64,000 bases of DNA. It comes from Octopus sinensis. Taxonomy: Eukaryota. Location of the stretch: the NCBI RefSeq assembly GCF_006345805.1, contig NC_042998.1, positions 13,516,001-13,580,000 on the forward strand. Direction: 5' to 3'. The position numbers and the translations under genes are program-made. Shown here piece by piece: positions 39,625 through 54,028 of the stretch. The first letter of the stretch is position 1, and each line of letters begins with the position of its first letter. The notes beneath the pieces were generated by a model. It saw nothing but the letters and a program-made list of their open reading frames with translations, ran no database searches and was not told where the DNA came from.

Positions 39625-39870
39625 TTGATTATTTTATTGGCCACAGGGGCTGACAAAATCAATTATTACATAAAGGGACAAAACAGGACGAAAGGTTACA
39701 AAGGGTTTTATCCGTTTGTGAAAAAATCGAGTAAAAAATCATTTTAACAACGAAAAAACTCCGAATAGGGGGAGGGGTTACGAAAGGTTCCTGGTAGAAA
39801 AAATCCATAAAAGCCAACGGGAGCCTGGTCAAATAGGTGGGTAGAGACCCCCTTTCTCCTTTTATATTAC
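39625..39870 (-). mobile_element. Probable 3' UTR fragment of another L1/Tx1-like element
   Basis: Minus strand ends tgtaacctttcgtcctgttttgtccctttatgt...tcagcccctgtggccAATAAAataat. This resembles the 3' end at 22088-22151. Confidence 0.45.
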
Positions 39871-40015
39871 CTTTTTAAATCACAGGTGCAACCTCAGAAT
39901 GACGCCTTTCATACTAGCCATTCTTGCGACATTTATTCACCTTTCAGCAAAATTGCTATTGGACAGCACTTCCCTCTCTACTCTGATCTTCCTTTTCAAG
40001 TGAATAATAATGATG

Positions 40016-40046
<31 letters not shown>

Positions 40047-40479
40047 TAATCTTCACCTGTTGCGAATATTCTCTCACGTTTACGTATGTCCTCAGCCACG
40101 TGGATGTAGTTAATAAAAGAATGAAAGAATAGATTTAATCCAAACAAACTCGTACGCAGGAAATATTATGAGCGCCGTAAAAAAAGACAAAATATCTCTT
40201 ATATTTAGAAATATAGACAGAAAAAAACAGGTGGGTTTGAAAATTCCATAAACTGATTATGAAGGAGTGACGCTAGAGCTATAAAAAGGTGGCATGCATT
40301 AACATAAACACTTATTAAGAACTGCATTTTTTTCAGAAAATCGAAGATCCGATTGTTAAATGAACACTTCAAATGTAACTATTAGCGTCTGCTCTTGAAA
40401 GTGGTAAGAATTTTGCTGCGTGGTGTTGTAAAGAACCAGTAGAATAAGGGTTAACATTCATGCTGACGTAGTTTTTTAC

Positions 40480-41390
40480 ACTAACAGCTGACGCTCCAGT
40501 TTTGTCATAAGTGTAAAAGTGGGGAACTGAATTTTTGTGGCGAAGAAAAAGTCCTGAGAATGACCTAAGATCTGGACGTGCTGCAACTGCAACCACCAAT
40601 GAAAACAGTCCTCTTTTTCCTTCCATGGAAATGGATGCCATCTCAAAGTTGAGAATATTCTGCATAATGAACTCATCTTGACAAACGCTTCTACCCGGTG
40701 GGTTCAACATCTACTGACACCTGATGAAAAGGGTACCATTCTGATCACATTACGGAAACAATCTGACATTGAGTTAGGAAAATGCAAGTGGTTTTCTTGA
40801 AGCTTTCCTAATCCAGAATGTGTGTTGGAGCCAAAGACAAAAAGACAATCCTTGTAGCGATGATATCCCTACAACCCTGCTCCACAGTAACTGAAGATTT
40901 TTTATCTGTAGAGAAGATGATGTCCTCAGTTTTTTGGAATGCAAAGGACATTGTGTTTATTGACTATCTTCAACAGGGTCACAACATAAATGGAACGTAC
41001 AATGCCAATTTGTTGAGGTAGTTACGAAAATCTATGATGACTATACACTCAGCAACACTGAGTTCTTTTCAGCGTAATGTCCTAGCATACAAAACCTTAG
41101 TTTCAATGGCTGCAATACGCCACTGTGGCTTAAAATGGCTGACCATCATACCTATTCTTCCGATCTGCCCCCCCCACCCACCCATCTTATCGTCATCTGT
41201 TAGTCATCACGAAAAGATACTTGGCTAGAAACCAGTATCTCTGTGATGATGATATCATATCTGTTGATAATGGCATTTTTTCCCCAACCGGACAAAATCT
41301 TCTTCAACAATGGGATGCAAGCACTACAACGCTGATGGAAAAATTGTGTGGACGGCATGGGTTATTTGTTGAAAAATAAACCACATTTCA
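40480..41390 (+). pseudogene. Decayed mariner transposase
   Basis: Contains KMMSSVFWNAKDIVFIDYLQQGHNINGTYNANLL (mariner VFWD..G...DYL..G.TING.YY..LL), an upstream ENDLRSGRAATATT segment and a degenerate H..YSSDLPP near 41145. Confidence 0.8.
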
Positions 41391-42339
41391 TCTTCTTCCA
41401 AGTCATCATCTTCTTCAGCCGACACTCGTACATGCATTTTTTTCATGAGCACAAAATAAATACTTATAAATATGTACAAAAACTTGAAAATGAATACGCA
41501 AATGTTTGAAAAAGTATACATAAATACACCTACACCAACATGCTTATACAGAGATACCAATGTTGTTCAAGAACCTCGTAACGAGATGATGAAAATGTTG
41601 GCGGTAATAACGGAGCTCGTAGATAATGAGATGATAATATCAGAGAATGGAAGGGACCACACGGTGGGCACTCCGTTACGACAGTAATTCAAGTTATGTT
41701 GCAATATAACGTTAGCCAGTGCATGGCGTTCAGAGAAATATTATCGTGAAGTGCATGATAATAATCAATTAAAATCCAGAAAATATAAGAGCCGGAAAAT
41801 ATACGTCCGTATACTTACGTATTCATTTACATCATTAATTGTGGTTTGCAGGTGGTCACACATATTATATTTTTCATATATGATTTATATACTTATACAA
41901 GCATGCATAAAATTCAATAGTTACACAGCTAGGCACGCTTAAGATGATATTCTTTGCATTGCAAATTCGTCTGTAACGCTCAAAGCTAAATAACTGCGTC
42001 CAATACAAATTGATAAATTGGGAAAGAAATTCTTTACACAAATACATATTTACAAAAAGATAATAGAAATATGCGCCGTAAACACACCCACCCACGCACA
42101 CACACATACACAAACATGGGAATAAAACAAAAGAAATTACGAAGAATAACAAGCAAAGCGATTCTGAAAACCTGCTAAAAGTCGTAACGAGGATTTCCTT
42201 CAAAAGTAAGGTTGTTCAGGTAAAGGACATCAAAATATCTAATAATAAAAGGTATAGATTGTAAAAATACACTAAAGAAGTTATATGAAATGAAACTCAC
42301 AGGTAGAGTTTAAAGTTAAGCTAATGCATATACATGCAT

Positions 42340-42737
42340 GAGTGACTGTTTGGTAAGTAGCTTGTTTACCATCCACATGGTTCCGTGTTCAGTCCCACTG
42401 CGTGGCACCTTGGGCAAGTGTCTTCTGCTATAGCCTCTGGCCGACCAAAGCCTTGTGAGTGGATTTGGTAGACGGAAACTGAAAGAAGCCCGTCGTATAT
42501 ATGTATATATATATGCGTGTGTGTGTTTGTGTGTCTGTGTTTGTCCCCCTAGCATTGCTTGACAACCGATGCTGGTGTGTTTATGCCCCCGTTACTTAGC
42601 GGTTCGGCAAAAGAGTCCGATAGAATAAGTACTGAGCTTACAAAAGAATAAGTCCTTGGGTCGAGTTGCTCGATTAAAGGCGGTGCTCCAGCATGGCCGC
42701 AGTCACATGACTGATACAAATAAAAGAGTAAAAGAGT
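42340..42737 (+). mobile_element. SINE family A
   Basis: High identity to 1174-1589. Confidence 0.9.
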
Positions 42738-43269
42738 TGGGAGTGTTCAGTGACCGTTTTTACCGAGCTTGCAAGTCATAAATGCCAATACAGATACAAG
42801 GATATGAAACACTGCTGTAAAGTCACAAACACACGCGTAGAATCACAAGCAAAGGCGCAGCGCGAGCTTATAATTTGTTTCTAAGTATAGATACGTTACT
42901 TGGTTTAAAAAGAGACGAATTTAGATATTCATTCGTTAGTTATGAGATATACCAAGATAATAAATAGATAAAACACAATAACTGTATCAAGACAAGGATC
43001 ATATCACTAAATTATTTCGAATAGAAATAAGTAATACATGAAGTAATACGTAATAAGTAATACGTGAAAGGATAAATAAATATCACTCTTTATTTATTCA
43101 TCCTTTTCACGTATATATGCATGTATGTATGCATAAGTTGTTTTTGTTATTGTTACTATCATCATCATCATCATCATCATTATCATTATTATCATTATTA
43201 TTATTATTATGTTTTTTCCTTCTTTCTTCAAATTTGCTTCCGTTTCTCGCCGAATGTTTTCCATACACC

Positions 43270-43556
43270 TAGGAACTGCTAAGTTACGGGGACCTAAACA
43301 CACCAGCATCGGTTGTCAAGCGATGTTTGGGGGACAAACACAAACACACAAACATATACACACACATAAACACACATATATATATATATACATATATACG
43401 ACGGGTTTCTTTCAGTTTCCGTCTACCATATCCACTCACAAGGCTTTGGTAGGCCCGAGGCTATAGCAGAAGACACTTGCCCAAGATGCCACGCAGTGGG
43501 ACTGAACCAGGAACCATGTGGTTGGTTAGCAAGCTACTTACCACACAGCCACTCCT
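43270..43556 (-). mobile_element. SINE family A (3'-incomplete)
   Basis: Reverse complement of the family A head and middle. Confidence 0.85.
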
Positions 43557-44211
43557 TCATTTGTAGTTAATAACCTTTGCCAACAATCGATGGGTCTGGC
43601 ATTACTGGATGTGGTGTTAATTTCAGTACTGCAACACTTTATCGAGTGTGTATCTGAACATTAGCATATTTTTTCTTTATATTTGTGCAAATTAAAGCTA
43701 TTTATGATAATGACAACCTTCACATATTTCTGTTTGCTTCTTTGGGTTTCTTTAAAATATGTGTGGGTGTGTGTGTGTGTGTCTTGTATGTAGGTGTCTG
43801 TGTAAATATGCACGTGTGTATGGGGATACGTGCGTAAGTATGCACATATGCATGGATAAAGGTATGTAAGCTTGCAATCATGTATGCGTACGTGTGTGTG
43901 TGTGGCTGTCATTCAACACTACTTCATAACCGGTGTTGGTTTGTTTACATCCCCAGTAACATAACGGTTCGGCAAAAGAGATCGAAAGAAAAAAACAGGT
44001 TGCAAAAACTATAAAGTGCTGGTCTCGAGTAGTTTCCTTCAAATGCTTCAAGATAACGACTCGGGGAGGTCAGAGGTCATAGTCTAACGACTGAAACAGT
44101 TAAAGAAAGATAACGGAAACACACACACACACATAAATATACAGACGCACAAACATACATATATATACACACATATACATACACACACACACACATATAT
44201 ATATAGACATA

Positions 44212-44608
44212 GGCGCAGGAGTGGCTGTGTGGTAAGTAGCTTGCTAACCAACCACATGGTTCCGGATTCGGTCCCACTGCGTGACATCTTGGGCAAATGT
44301 CTTCTGCTATAGATTCGGGCCTACCAAAGCCTTGTGAGTGGATTTGGTAGACGGAAACTGTCGTATATATGTATATATATATATGTATGTATGTGTGTTT
44401 GTGTCTCTGTGTTTGTCCTCCTAGCATTGCTTGACAACCGATGCTGGTGTGTTTACGTCCCCGTCACTTAGCGGTTTGGGAAAAAGAGACCGATTGAATA
44501 AGTACTGGGCTTACAAAGAATAAGTTCCGGGGTCGATTTGCTCGACTAAAGGCGGTGCTCCAGCATGGCCGCAGTCAAATGACTGAAACAAGTAAAAGAA
44601 AAAAGAAA
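44212..44608 (+). mobile_element. SINE family A
   Basis: Full-length copy. A degenerate 3' half precedes it at about 43925-44110. Confidence 0.9.
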
Positions 44609-45827
44609 TATATATAAACGTACGTCACACACGCACACACGTATATATAACGGGAAGCTTTATGAAAATAAACAAAAGACGAAGGCAGGTGGAAAACAAA
44701 CGAACAATTGTATTAGTATGGCGCTCAATATATATATATGTGTGTGTGTGCGTTTGTGTGTGTGTGTATATGTATGTGTGTGTGCGTGTGTGTGCATGCA
44801 ATCAGAGAAACATCAATACATGCCTTTATACATTTACATGCTTGTATAGAAGAGTACTGATAAATTTACATGAACTGTTTGCTCTAACAATCTAAGGTAA
44901 GTACCTATGTTTGAAAATACATTCATCTTAGGCATTTAGTTATATGCGCTCGAGGATTTATTAAGGTGTTTTATATTTCATTTTCTTTATTTTTGGCGCC
45001 TTTGAAGAAGTGTTATTCGCTTTTAGATGTTAGAATGGCTGTTTTGAGATAATCTATACGTTGGTATATTCACAATGGTTGTTTAATTCTCTTGAAAGGA
45101 CATATTTAGAATGATGCGTTTATTCACATGATCTGCTTCCACTGTATACATTCAATGAATTACAGCTTAATTTACTAGTTGATTTTTAAAGAATACAGGT
45201 TTGAATACAATGGCAATTGGTTTGAGTGCCTCCGACTCATTGTCATAAATATCAGTCACATAAGAACAGATAATGTCACAGCAGCATAATATTTGAACTT
45301 GTGTTATTCGCCAATAACGAAAAAAAGAAAAAAGAAAGAAGGGAATAGCCATTTCGTATTTATCACATATTCAAACGATGCTAATATTGTAATAATGGAA
45401 GCGAAGAACGTTAATATGTTTCTCCAACAAGGACATGAGGTTGACAATCGTGGTATTCCAAAATGAAAACAGTGTCAGGTGTTTAAATTCAGCTCTTTGT
45501 ACAAGCAAAGTTGAAATCTATACAATTCACCACATACGATTGTATCCAAAAATAAGACAAATTGCGTGAATATCATATCTTATATATATATATATATATA
45601 TATTCTGTTTTGATTTTAATATGCTGCAAATCTAATTTTGATTATTATTTGAACGCTATTCACCAATTGTTGCATTATATTTGTTCAAAAGATTTACCGT
45701 CTCAATGAATTGGAACCGCATCTCTCCCAAATTAGGGATTGTTTTCTGCAATTTAATGTAACTATCACTACTTGCGCAAGATTTTAGAAATATAGCTAAA
45801 CATCGGTATGAAATAACAGTAATAATC

Positions 45828-45874
<47 letters not shown>

Positions 45875-45877
<3 letters not shown>

Positions 45878-46053
45878 ATAATGGCAAATATGGAGGAGAT
45901 TGTGGACACTGAGGAGAATAGACGCGATACCAATAGCAATTTGAACATTTGGAAGTATCAGCACTCAATTACCAACATGACTGAAAAAGACAGCTACAAA
46001 AATTAGCATTAGTTGGAACTGCAAAAATTCTTCGCATGGTTCTTGAAGCATGA
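45875..46053 (+). pseudogene. Dong/R4-like retrotransposon C-terminal remnant
   Basis: Translates RRLWTLRRIDAIPIAI*TFGS..., then in a shifted frame QLQKLALVGTAKILRMVLEA*. Followed by (AAT)n. Confidence 0.7.
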
Positions 46054-46133
46054 CCAGTAAACAAATGTCACCTTATTCTGTTAGCTGTGGACAGATGACG
46101 CTACGCAGCAGAATAAGATGAGGGTTTTCATGA

Positions 46134-46205
<72 letters not shown>

Positions 46206-46304
46206 AATGATAATAATAACAACAATAATAACAATAATAATAATAATAATAATAATTACAACAACAACAACAATAAAAATAATAATAACAATAACAATAA
46301 AATG

Positions 46305-46854
46305 TAGTTACAGGCAGTGGCTCTCGTGGCTTCTGATCTTAACTGATTGGAAGTGTTATGTACATTATTTTGTCTTGGTATAAAAGATGGGCTACATCAA
46401 ATATTCTGCTCAAAACCACATATTTGCTTGTCAGTTGTTTGACCTTAACCAGTTGAGCATGTCACTTAGTGGCAGACGATATGTGCATCGCTAACCAAGA
46501 GCAGAAGTAGTAGGGAAGCATTATAGCCGTGTGTTGTAAGGAATTCTTGGAGGTTTGGATATTTCACCTTTGGAAACATGGGTGGTTCGTTCATCCTCCT
46601 TAAACAATCCATATTCAGGGACCTTTTGGACGGGATGGGCTACTCGACCAGAAGAAGATTCTAACTGGGCCACCCCTGCAAGGTCATGCGCTGTTTATCT
46701 TGATATGAGATTACCATGTCGCGCACATATGGTTGTGATGTGTGAGCTTCGTGTACCCTTATCATACGGGTAGTCATGATGGGTATACTGGGCTTCGTAC
46801 ATTTTACCCCAGTGTTACTTTGACTGCCTGCACTGCTCTCTCACTCAATAATAA
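46305..46854 (+). mobile_element. Interspersed repeat embedded in (AAT)n; probable LINE 3' region
   Basis: GC-richer block bounded by AAT runs, ending ctctctcactcaataataa. No ORF recognised. Confidence 0.35.
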
Positions 46855-48087
46855 TCTCTTATTATAAAAGGCAGATTTTATCTGCCTCCCTTTGTAACTT
46901 ATAGAAATCTACAATATAGGATTTCTTCAATTACAATTTACCTAGCATTTTTAAGAGTAGAATGCATCGGGTCATGTCAGGTCCAGTTTTTAAAATTTAA
47001 ACTCCAATTAAGCAAAATTTACAGAAAACTCACATTCTGGTGTGTATGTCAAATGCTTTTCTTAATGTGGTTTACACCACACGCACACACACAGTGTGCA
47101 ACGAATAAAATGGAAGTAAATAGCGACAGAGTGATTTGAGGAAGACTAAACTGAAAGTATTTAAACCACTACTCAAAAAATAAAAAAATACAGCCAACAG
47201 AAACAAATAAATACATAACGATTTACTCCTCACAGAATTTCTTCAATTAGAGTGTACCCATGATTTTTCAGAGTACTTCAGTGGGTGATGCCATAAAAAA
47301 TTTCTTTCAATTTTACCACCAATTAAGACAAAATTCGAGAAAACTCAATATTTTAACATTTCACTCCGAAAGCATTGATGTACATGTGTGCGTGCGTGAG
47401 TGTGTGTGTGTCATTCCTCACACACACGCATACACATACATATATGAGAGTGGCAAACACAAACGTTTCAAACAACTACATACAAACACGTGTGTGTGTG
47501 TTATTAGTAAAAAAGGCGCCAAAACACAACTCACTTATCATTACAACACATTTGTAAGACACACGGACGGTGGAATTGCTATAACAATACAGAAAAGGTA
47601 AATTGGTTTTTATTTTACTCCGTATATATTTTATTATATAATATTATATATAGATATATGTATATATAATTGCAGTTTGAAACACTGTTTATGTATAAAC
47701 AGACGACACTTATATATATAGTTATTATAATAAGAGATTAATAAATGTATGCATCCGTTTAACACTTTCGTTACCAAACCGCCCGAATTTACCTATTCAT
47801 ATTTAAATGAGAATATCAGAGTAAATCTCTTTAGTACATTCGTGAAAACACGTATTATACTTCGTAAACACTTCAACTACAGTTTTGTACAAAAATCGAA
47901 GTGTAATTTTAATTCCGTGAATTATGGGAGATTTTTTTCTGAAATTTGTTCCTATTGTGTTTTCAAAATTTGTAATTCTGACAAAAAATGGATACGAATT
48001 TCATTATATCAAGCAGCGAGTCAGAATTCGAAGGATTTTCTACTGAAGACCTTCATAAATCTAACTCTATGACTGAAAAAAAAAGCA

Positions 48088-48480
48088 TCTTTATATAAGA
48101 GTGAAGTTGTGTGTCTGTCTCCTACGATTTAGATTCGTAACTACTCCCACATTTTGCGGTGCAGTTTAAGCAAAACCGGGTATCTTATAGTCGTGATTCA
48201 TATCGAGCCCTTCTGGGTATTAGCGCGCGTCTACGATGAGTCTACGATTTAAAAAAAATTTACCATCATATTTTTCCATTTTAATGCATTTTTTCGCTTT
48301 TATATAAGGGAAGTAACTCTCTAAAAATATCTACGATGTGTCAACGATTTAAAAAACATTTACCTTCATTTTTTTTCAATTTTTAATGCATTTTTTGCTA
48401 TTTTTTGGCTATAACTCTCTAAAAATGCTTATATAGTTATTTCCCTTACAAACCCGAGCAACGCCGGGCGATACTGCTAG
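48088..48480 (+). mobile_element. Non-autonomous Helitron
   Basis: A|TC 5' end, subterminal hairpin CCCGAGCAACGCCGGG and 3' CTAG|T. Confidence 0.8.
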
Positions 48481-48501
48481 TAATAATAATAATAATTATT
48501 A

Positions 48502-48574
<73 letters not shown>

Positions 48575-48645
48575 CATTATTATCATTATTATTATTATTA
48601 TTATTACTATTATTATTATTATTACTATTATTATTATTATTATAA
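48481..48645. repeat. (AAT)n/(ATT)n microsatellite
   Basis: Visible repeat. Confidence 0.95.
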
Positions 48646-49218
48646 CGATAGCAAAATTCAGAATCATTGTTCGGTGGGTCAATGAAAGGCATAAACATTA
48701 TTTAGTTTTAAGTGTGATGTACTTTTTGCTTTTGCCAAGTTACAACTGCACACCGCCAGTTTAAATGGTTCATGAAAGACTGTATAAAATTCGTTAATAA
48801 ATCGATTAAATAGAAACACTGAAAGAAGATGCACAGCTTCTTGAAATATTATCAGTGAATATCAGCTTTTCAAAGATATTTCTTTCAAATTTAACGAGAT
48901 ATTTAAACACACATAACAGAGTACTGCTTTGATTTGTTCTTTTCCTTATATGTGAAAGGACATGAATCCAGTGACCGGTCACTGTGGCAAAGAAATTGTA
49001 AAACTTTAACTAAAAAAGATCAGCAACATTATAACCGCTGTCCACTGAGGGTGATAAAATTTTGTTTCAAACGAAAGACTTTTCGTTCTTTGTAGGCGAA
49101 TTTTTGAATGATAGTGCATTAAAAGAGGCGATCTTTGAAGCCAAAAATAATCGTGAAAACGTTTTTAATAAAAAATACATTTCGGCAAATAAATAAATAA
49201 ATAAATATTTAATATTTA

Positions 49219-49342
<124 letters not shown>

Positions 49343-49546
49343 ATGTGTGTTTGCGTGGGAGAGTATATCCGAGAGCAAATGGAAGGGTGATTGCCAGATA
49401 TGAATACATATAAATGTATATGCAATACCGTACATGCCCAAATGTACATACCTACATACGTACACACAAACACACACATACATAATGCATACATACATAC
49501 ATACACACACACGCACACACACATACATACATATATATTAATATAT

Positions 49547-49928
49547 AAGTAGCTTGTTTACCAACCACACGGTTCCGGGTTCAGTCCCACTGCGTGGCAC
49601 CTTGGGCAAGTGTCTTCTACTATAGCCTCTGGCCGACCAAAACCTTGTGAGTGGATTTGGTAGGGGTAACTTAAAGAATCCCGTCGTATATATGTATATA
49701 TATGTGTATTTGTGTGTGTTTGTGTGTCTGTGTTTGTTCCCCTAACATTGCTTGACAACCGATGTTGGTGTGTTTATGTCCCCGTCACTAAGCGGTTCGG
49801 CAAAAAGAGACCGATAGAATAAGTACTGTGCTTACAAAGAATAAGACCTGGGGTCGAGTTGCTCGATTAAAGGGGTGCTCCAGCATGGCCGCAGTCAAAT
49901 GACTGAAACAAGTAAAAGTGTAAAGAGA
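49547..49928 (+). mobile_element. SINE family A (5' end clipped)
   Basis: High identity to 1174-1589. Confidence 0.88.
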
Positions 49929-50200
49929 GCATATATATTATATTGGTGGCTTATTCGAAATTTCACCATCTAAAGGCAAATTTATATTGAAAGTCACTAA
50001 AGAGGTAGAGGGTATACATTTGCTGCAGCATTGCTAGGAATAGGAGTCAAAACGATTCATAAGACACAAAAGCATTGTCTTGGTGAGCTGAGAAGGGAGA
50101 CAAAGCACTCTAAGTTGCAAACATAGTCATGTCACATTATTTCGAATTGTGATGCAGAACATCTTAATTCGTCAGTGGCTACATATATTTATATCTATTT

Positions 50201-50242
<42 letters not shown>

Positions 50243-50299
50243 ATATACTTTGATAATTTGATACTTTGATAGGGTTAGGTCTGTATTGGCGAAGACCAT

Positions 50300-51770
50300 A
50301 CCTAATTAATTGCACCACCTCGCAAAGTAAATTCAGATCAGAAATCGGACAATGTGCCCTACTCGAGGAGAGAGAGTTATTTTTTACGGAGATATATCCA
50401 GGTTCAGGAGTTTTATTCAGGATTTTTTGGAAAGAATTTGTTCAAAAATTTCTTCAACTTTTTGGGCTCTGTTTCTGCTTTAATGTGTTTTGGTGTAATG
50501 TTAATGAGAACCGGGCCAATTCAGGGGAAATAATTGTGCCATATTGTTATATGATGCGAGTATGATTTATATTGTGGGTAGATAGCACGGGGTTCAAATC
50601 TTGGGTGTATCTTAAAAGCGATGCCCATATAATTTGGGCAATGCTGATGACATATTTTCCACATCATGCAGATGATGTAGCGCTCACGGCGGTGATGGGA
50701 AGAATAAAGCTTGAGCTTTTCTAGTTGACCCGTAATAGTCATGGCCTGTTATGCCATCTATCTTTGTTTATATTTAACCTTTGTTGTGCTTCAGTTTTTT
50801 GTCACTTTGTTTCGTGCAGTGAAACCACAGTAGCTAACAGTACTCAAAGTGGAGTCAGATAAATGTAGAGTAGAGAAGGATAATTGTGTGGATATTTCTC
50901 GACTGGAAAGTTCTGAGGATCCAGGAACAAATTCTGTGGGCCATGCCAAATTTGATGTTGATATGAGCGGCCCAGCTTATTTTGTCTACAATTACTTCCA
51001 CGTATCTGATGTTGCTGGATGCCGTGACAGTTTCACTTCAAGGAAGGAAGTATGGGAGTTTCAGAGTATCCACTTTTCCGACGTAGATTACCTGAATTTT
51101 GTCCTCGTTCAGCAGCATATTCTTCCTTTCTGTCCTTTATTTATTGATGATAGTCTTCATAAATTGTTGGAAGTTATACTATTTGATTTGAGCAGGGTGA
51201 TGGCCGCCGAATTTATCTGTGGCTGTTTGCTTATCTTTTATTTTTGCTTGTCCTTTTTATTTTTCTCTAAACGTGTTTTCTGTCACGGGGAATTTTGAAC
51301 TTAGTTTTCTTCACAAACCTTGGTGGGTTGTGTTTATCGCATACGTTTGTGACATTGTCTAGAAAGATCTGTCAAGACATATTGATACTGGATGAGGCGT
51401 GTGCATGTGTGAAAGACCAGTCAACAGATGATAGATCGCTTATGATAGCGTCCCAGTCAACATCAAAGACATCCATGGTGTCAAACGTGTGGGCTGGAGA
51501 AAGGTCACATGGGTTAGACTTTTTTTTCGACTGGTGGAATTTACAGAGAAACAAGTCGTGGTCTGAAAGAAGCTTTTGTCATTGAAATATCTTGTATTGC
51601 GTTAGTGTAATTACTGAATACAAGATCTAATATGTTCTGATATCTTTTTGGTACAAGAAGTAATTGGAACAAGAAAAGACTCATTCATAAAGTCAAGACG
51701 TGACTCTACTGTTTCTTTGGGTGTGCCTGATTTTGAACAGTTTTTAGACCAATCAACACGGGGTAAGTCA
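50300..51770 (-). pseudogene. Decayed CR1-group LINE ORF2 fragments
   Basis: ORF 50521-50742 reads LEKLKLYSSHHRRERYIICMMWKI, matching the CR1-group post-RT motif L..L.LYSL.RRRERY.I...WKI. An upstream DVDWDAIISDLSSVDWS segment is typical of the APE-RT linker. Confidence 0.75.
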
Positions 51771-51818
51771 AAATAATTATGTTATTAGAATATGTGCGTG
51801 TGTGTATGTGTGTATGTG

Positions 51819-51853
<35 letters not shown>

Positions 51854-52563
51854 TTGTGTGTGTGTGTGTGTGTTTGTGTGTGTGGGTGTGTTTTGCCATA
51901 TATATATGTGTGTGCGTCTATATATGTATATATATATATATATAAAAATATATATGAGCAGGGGTGGACATGTTGTAAGAATCTTAGATCCCAGCCCTAT
52001 TGTTCTGGGTCCAGTTCAACTTCGTGGCTCTTTATAGCCTCACGCCGACCAACGATATTTGAGAGGGTTTGGGAGACGGAAACTGAAAAAAGCCCGTCGT
52101 ATACATGTGTCGTATGTATGATTATGCCTGAGAGAGTGTGAATGTATGTCACGGTGTGCCTGCAGGTGTGTTTGTGTGTGTGTGGTGTGTGTGTGTATAT
52201 GTGTGTATCCGTGTGTGTGCGTGTATGTGTCTGTGTGTGTATGAAGGACTTTTCACATATAAAAGAAAACAACGCCTATATATTATTTTTATCTTCGTCT
52301 AACCAGTTTCTTTGCACACACACATATATATACACACAAACACACATTCATACTTGAACATACATTTGTATACATACATACACACACACACCACACATAT
52401 ATATATTATATTAAATTAGAGATAAAACCACTATTAGGCAAATCAAACAATGAAAAACTTAAGCCAATACATAAAATTAATAAATTTATATTATTTTAAA
52501 TATATATCAAAATTATTAAAAATTTAATAAAAGATAATGAGTAAAACACTACGATTGTTTCAT

Positions 52564-52978
52564 GGCGCAGGAGTGGCTGTGTGGTAAGTAGCTTGCTAAC
52601 CAACCACATGGTTCCGGGTTCAGTCCCACTGCGTGGCATCTTGGGCAAGTGTCTTCTGCTATAGCCCCGGGCCGACCAATGTCTTGTGAGTGGATTTGGT
52701 AGACGGAAACTGAAAGAAGCCTGTCGTATATATGTATATATATATATGTATGTGTGTGTCTGTGTTTGTGTGTCTGTGTTTGTCCCCCTAACATTGCTTG
52801 ACAACCGATGCTGGCTGGTATATTTACGTCCCCGTCACTTAGCGGTTCGGCAAAAGAGACCGATAGAATAAGTACTGGGCTTACAAAGAATAAGTCCCGG
52901 GGTCGATTTGCTCGACTAAAGGCGGTGCTCCAGCATGGCCGCAGTCAAATGACTGAAAAAAGTAAAAGAGTAAAAGAG
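52564..52978 (+). mobile_element. SINE family A
   Basis: Full-length copy. A degenerate 5' half lies at about 51955-52100. Confidence 0.9.
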
Positions 52979-53314
52979 AAAGAGAGGGCTGTCCAATTCT
53001 TAATAATTCGAGTTATGGTTACAGTCAATCTTCAGGTGATTGAAATATTTATATAATGCACGCTGATGTTGCATACGCTGCAGAAAAGTGAACCTACATT
53101 AAAATTTGAAAGTAGTGCTGCACGATTCAGGGTTGTATACAAAGCGAACTAGATGATAAACTGGAAAACAGGAAATCCATCTTACGTAGTTTTCTACAGC
53201 AAATAGAATTTTAGTTACGTGATCCTGCACAAATCAAAGCAAAAGTTTAATTAGTTACTACGTTTTCACAACTTAGTAACTAATTAACAACTAATACAGC
53301 ATCTTATATATATA

Positions 53315-53352
<38 letters not shown>

Positions 53353-53354
53353 CA

Positions 53355-54028
53355 TTATTGGTGAATTGAGAAATGGAGCTGAACGCAGATTGAACAGAAA
53401 TCGTTTTATTTCATTCTACACGTGTTCGAAAGGCCCAATTACCAAAATCCGATTGAATAATGGGACCATATTGTGTCTTTCTCTTCAGGAAGAAAAAAGG
53501 AAATCCGTTAGAGAAACAAAAAGAACAGAGGCGGAGCAAAACCAAATCGAACTATGCTCCTAAGAGCCCATGGCGAAACTGTTTATCAGTGTATGCTGAG
53601 AACCGGTGGCTGAAGAATTCTACAGGTCAGGCATCGGTCAATCATGTGGGTGAGGGTGTATAGATGTTCTTAGTGACTTAGTGATGTTCTTAGGGGGTAT
53701 AGATGTTCTAAGAACATCTATACACCCTCACCCACATGATTGACCGATGCCTGACCTGTAGAATCTTCAGCCACCGGTTCTCAGCATACACTGATAAACA
53801 GTTTCGCCATGGGCTCTTAGGAGCATAGTTCGATTGGTTTTTGCTCCGCCTCTGTTCTGTTTTTGTTTCTCTAACGGATTTCCTTTTTCTTCCTGAAGAG
53901 AAGACACAATATGGTCCCATTATTCAATCGGATTTTGGTAATTTGTGCCTTTCGAAACACGTGTAGAATGAAATAAAACGATTTCTGTTCAATCTGCGTT
54001 CAGCTCCATTTCTTCAATTCACGAATAA
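53355..54028. repeat. ~320-bp-arm inverted repeat carrying a hammerhead motif (Penelope-like inverted terminal repeat)
   Basis: 53355-53673 is the reverse complement of 53708-54028. The ORF track shows the same peptide on both strands. Confidence 0.92.
53885..53973 (+). ncRNA. Type I hammerhead ribozyme motif
   Basis: Reads ttttcttc-CTGAAGA-GAAGACACAA...TTGTGCCTTTC-GAAA-CACGTG-TA-gaatgaaa. Core is canonical, helix III is palindromic, triplet is GUA. The mirror copy at about 53409-53496 (-) lacks one A of GAAA. Confidence 0.75.
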
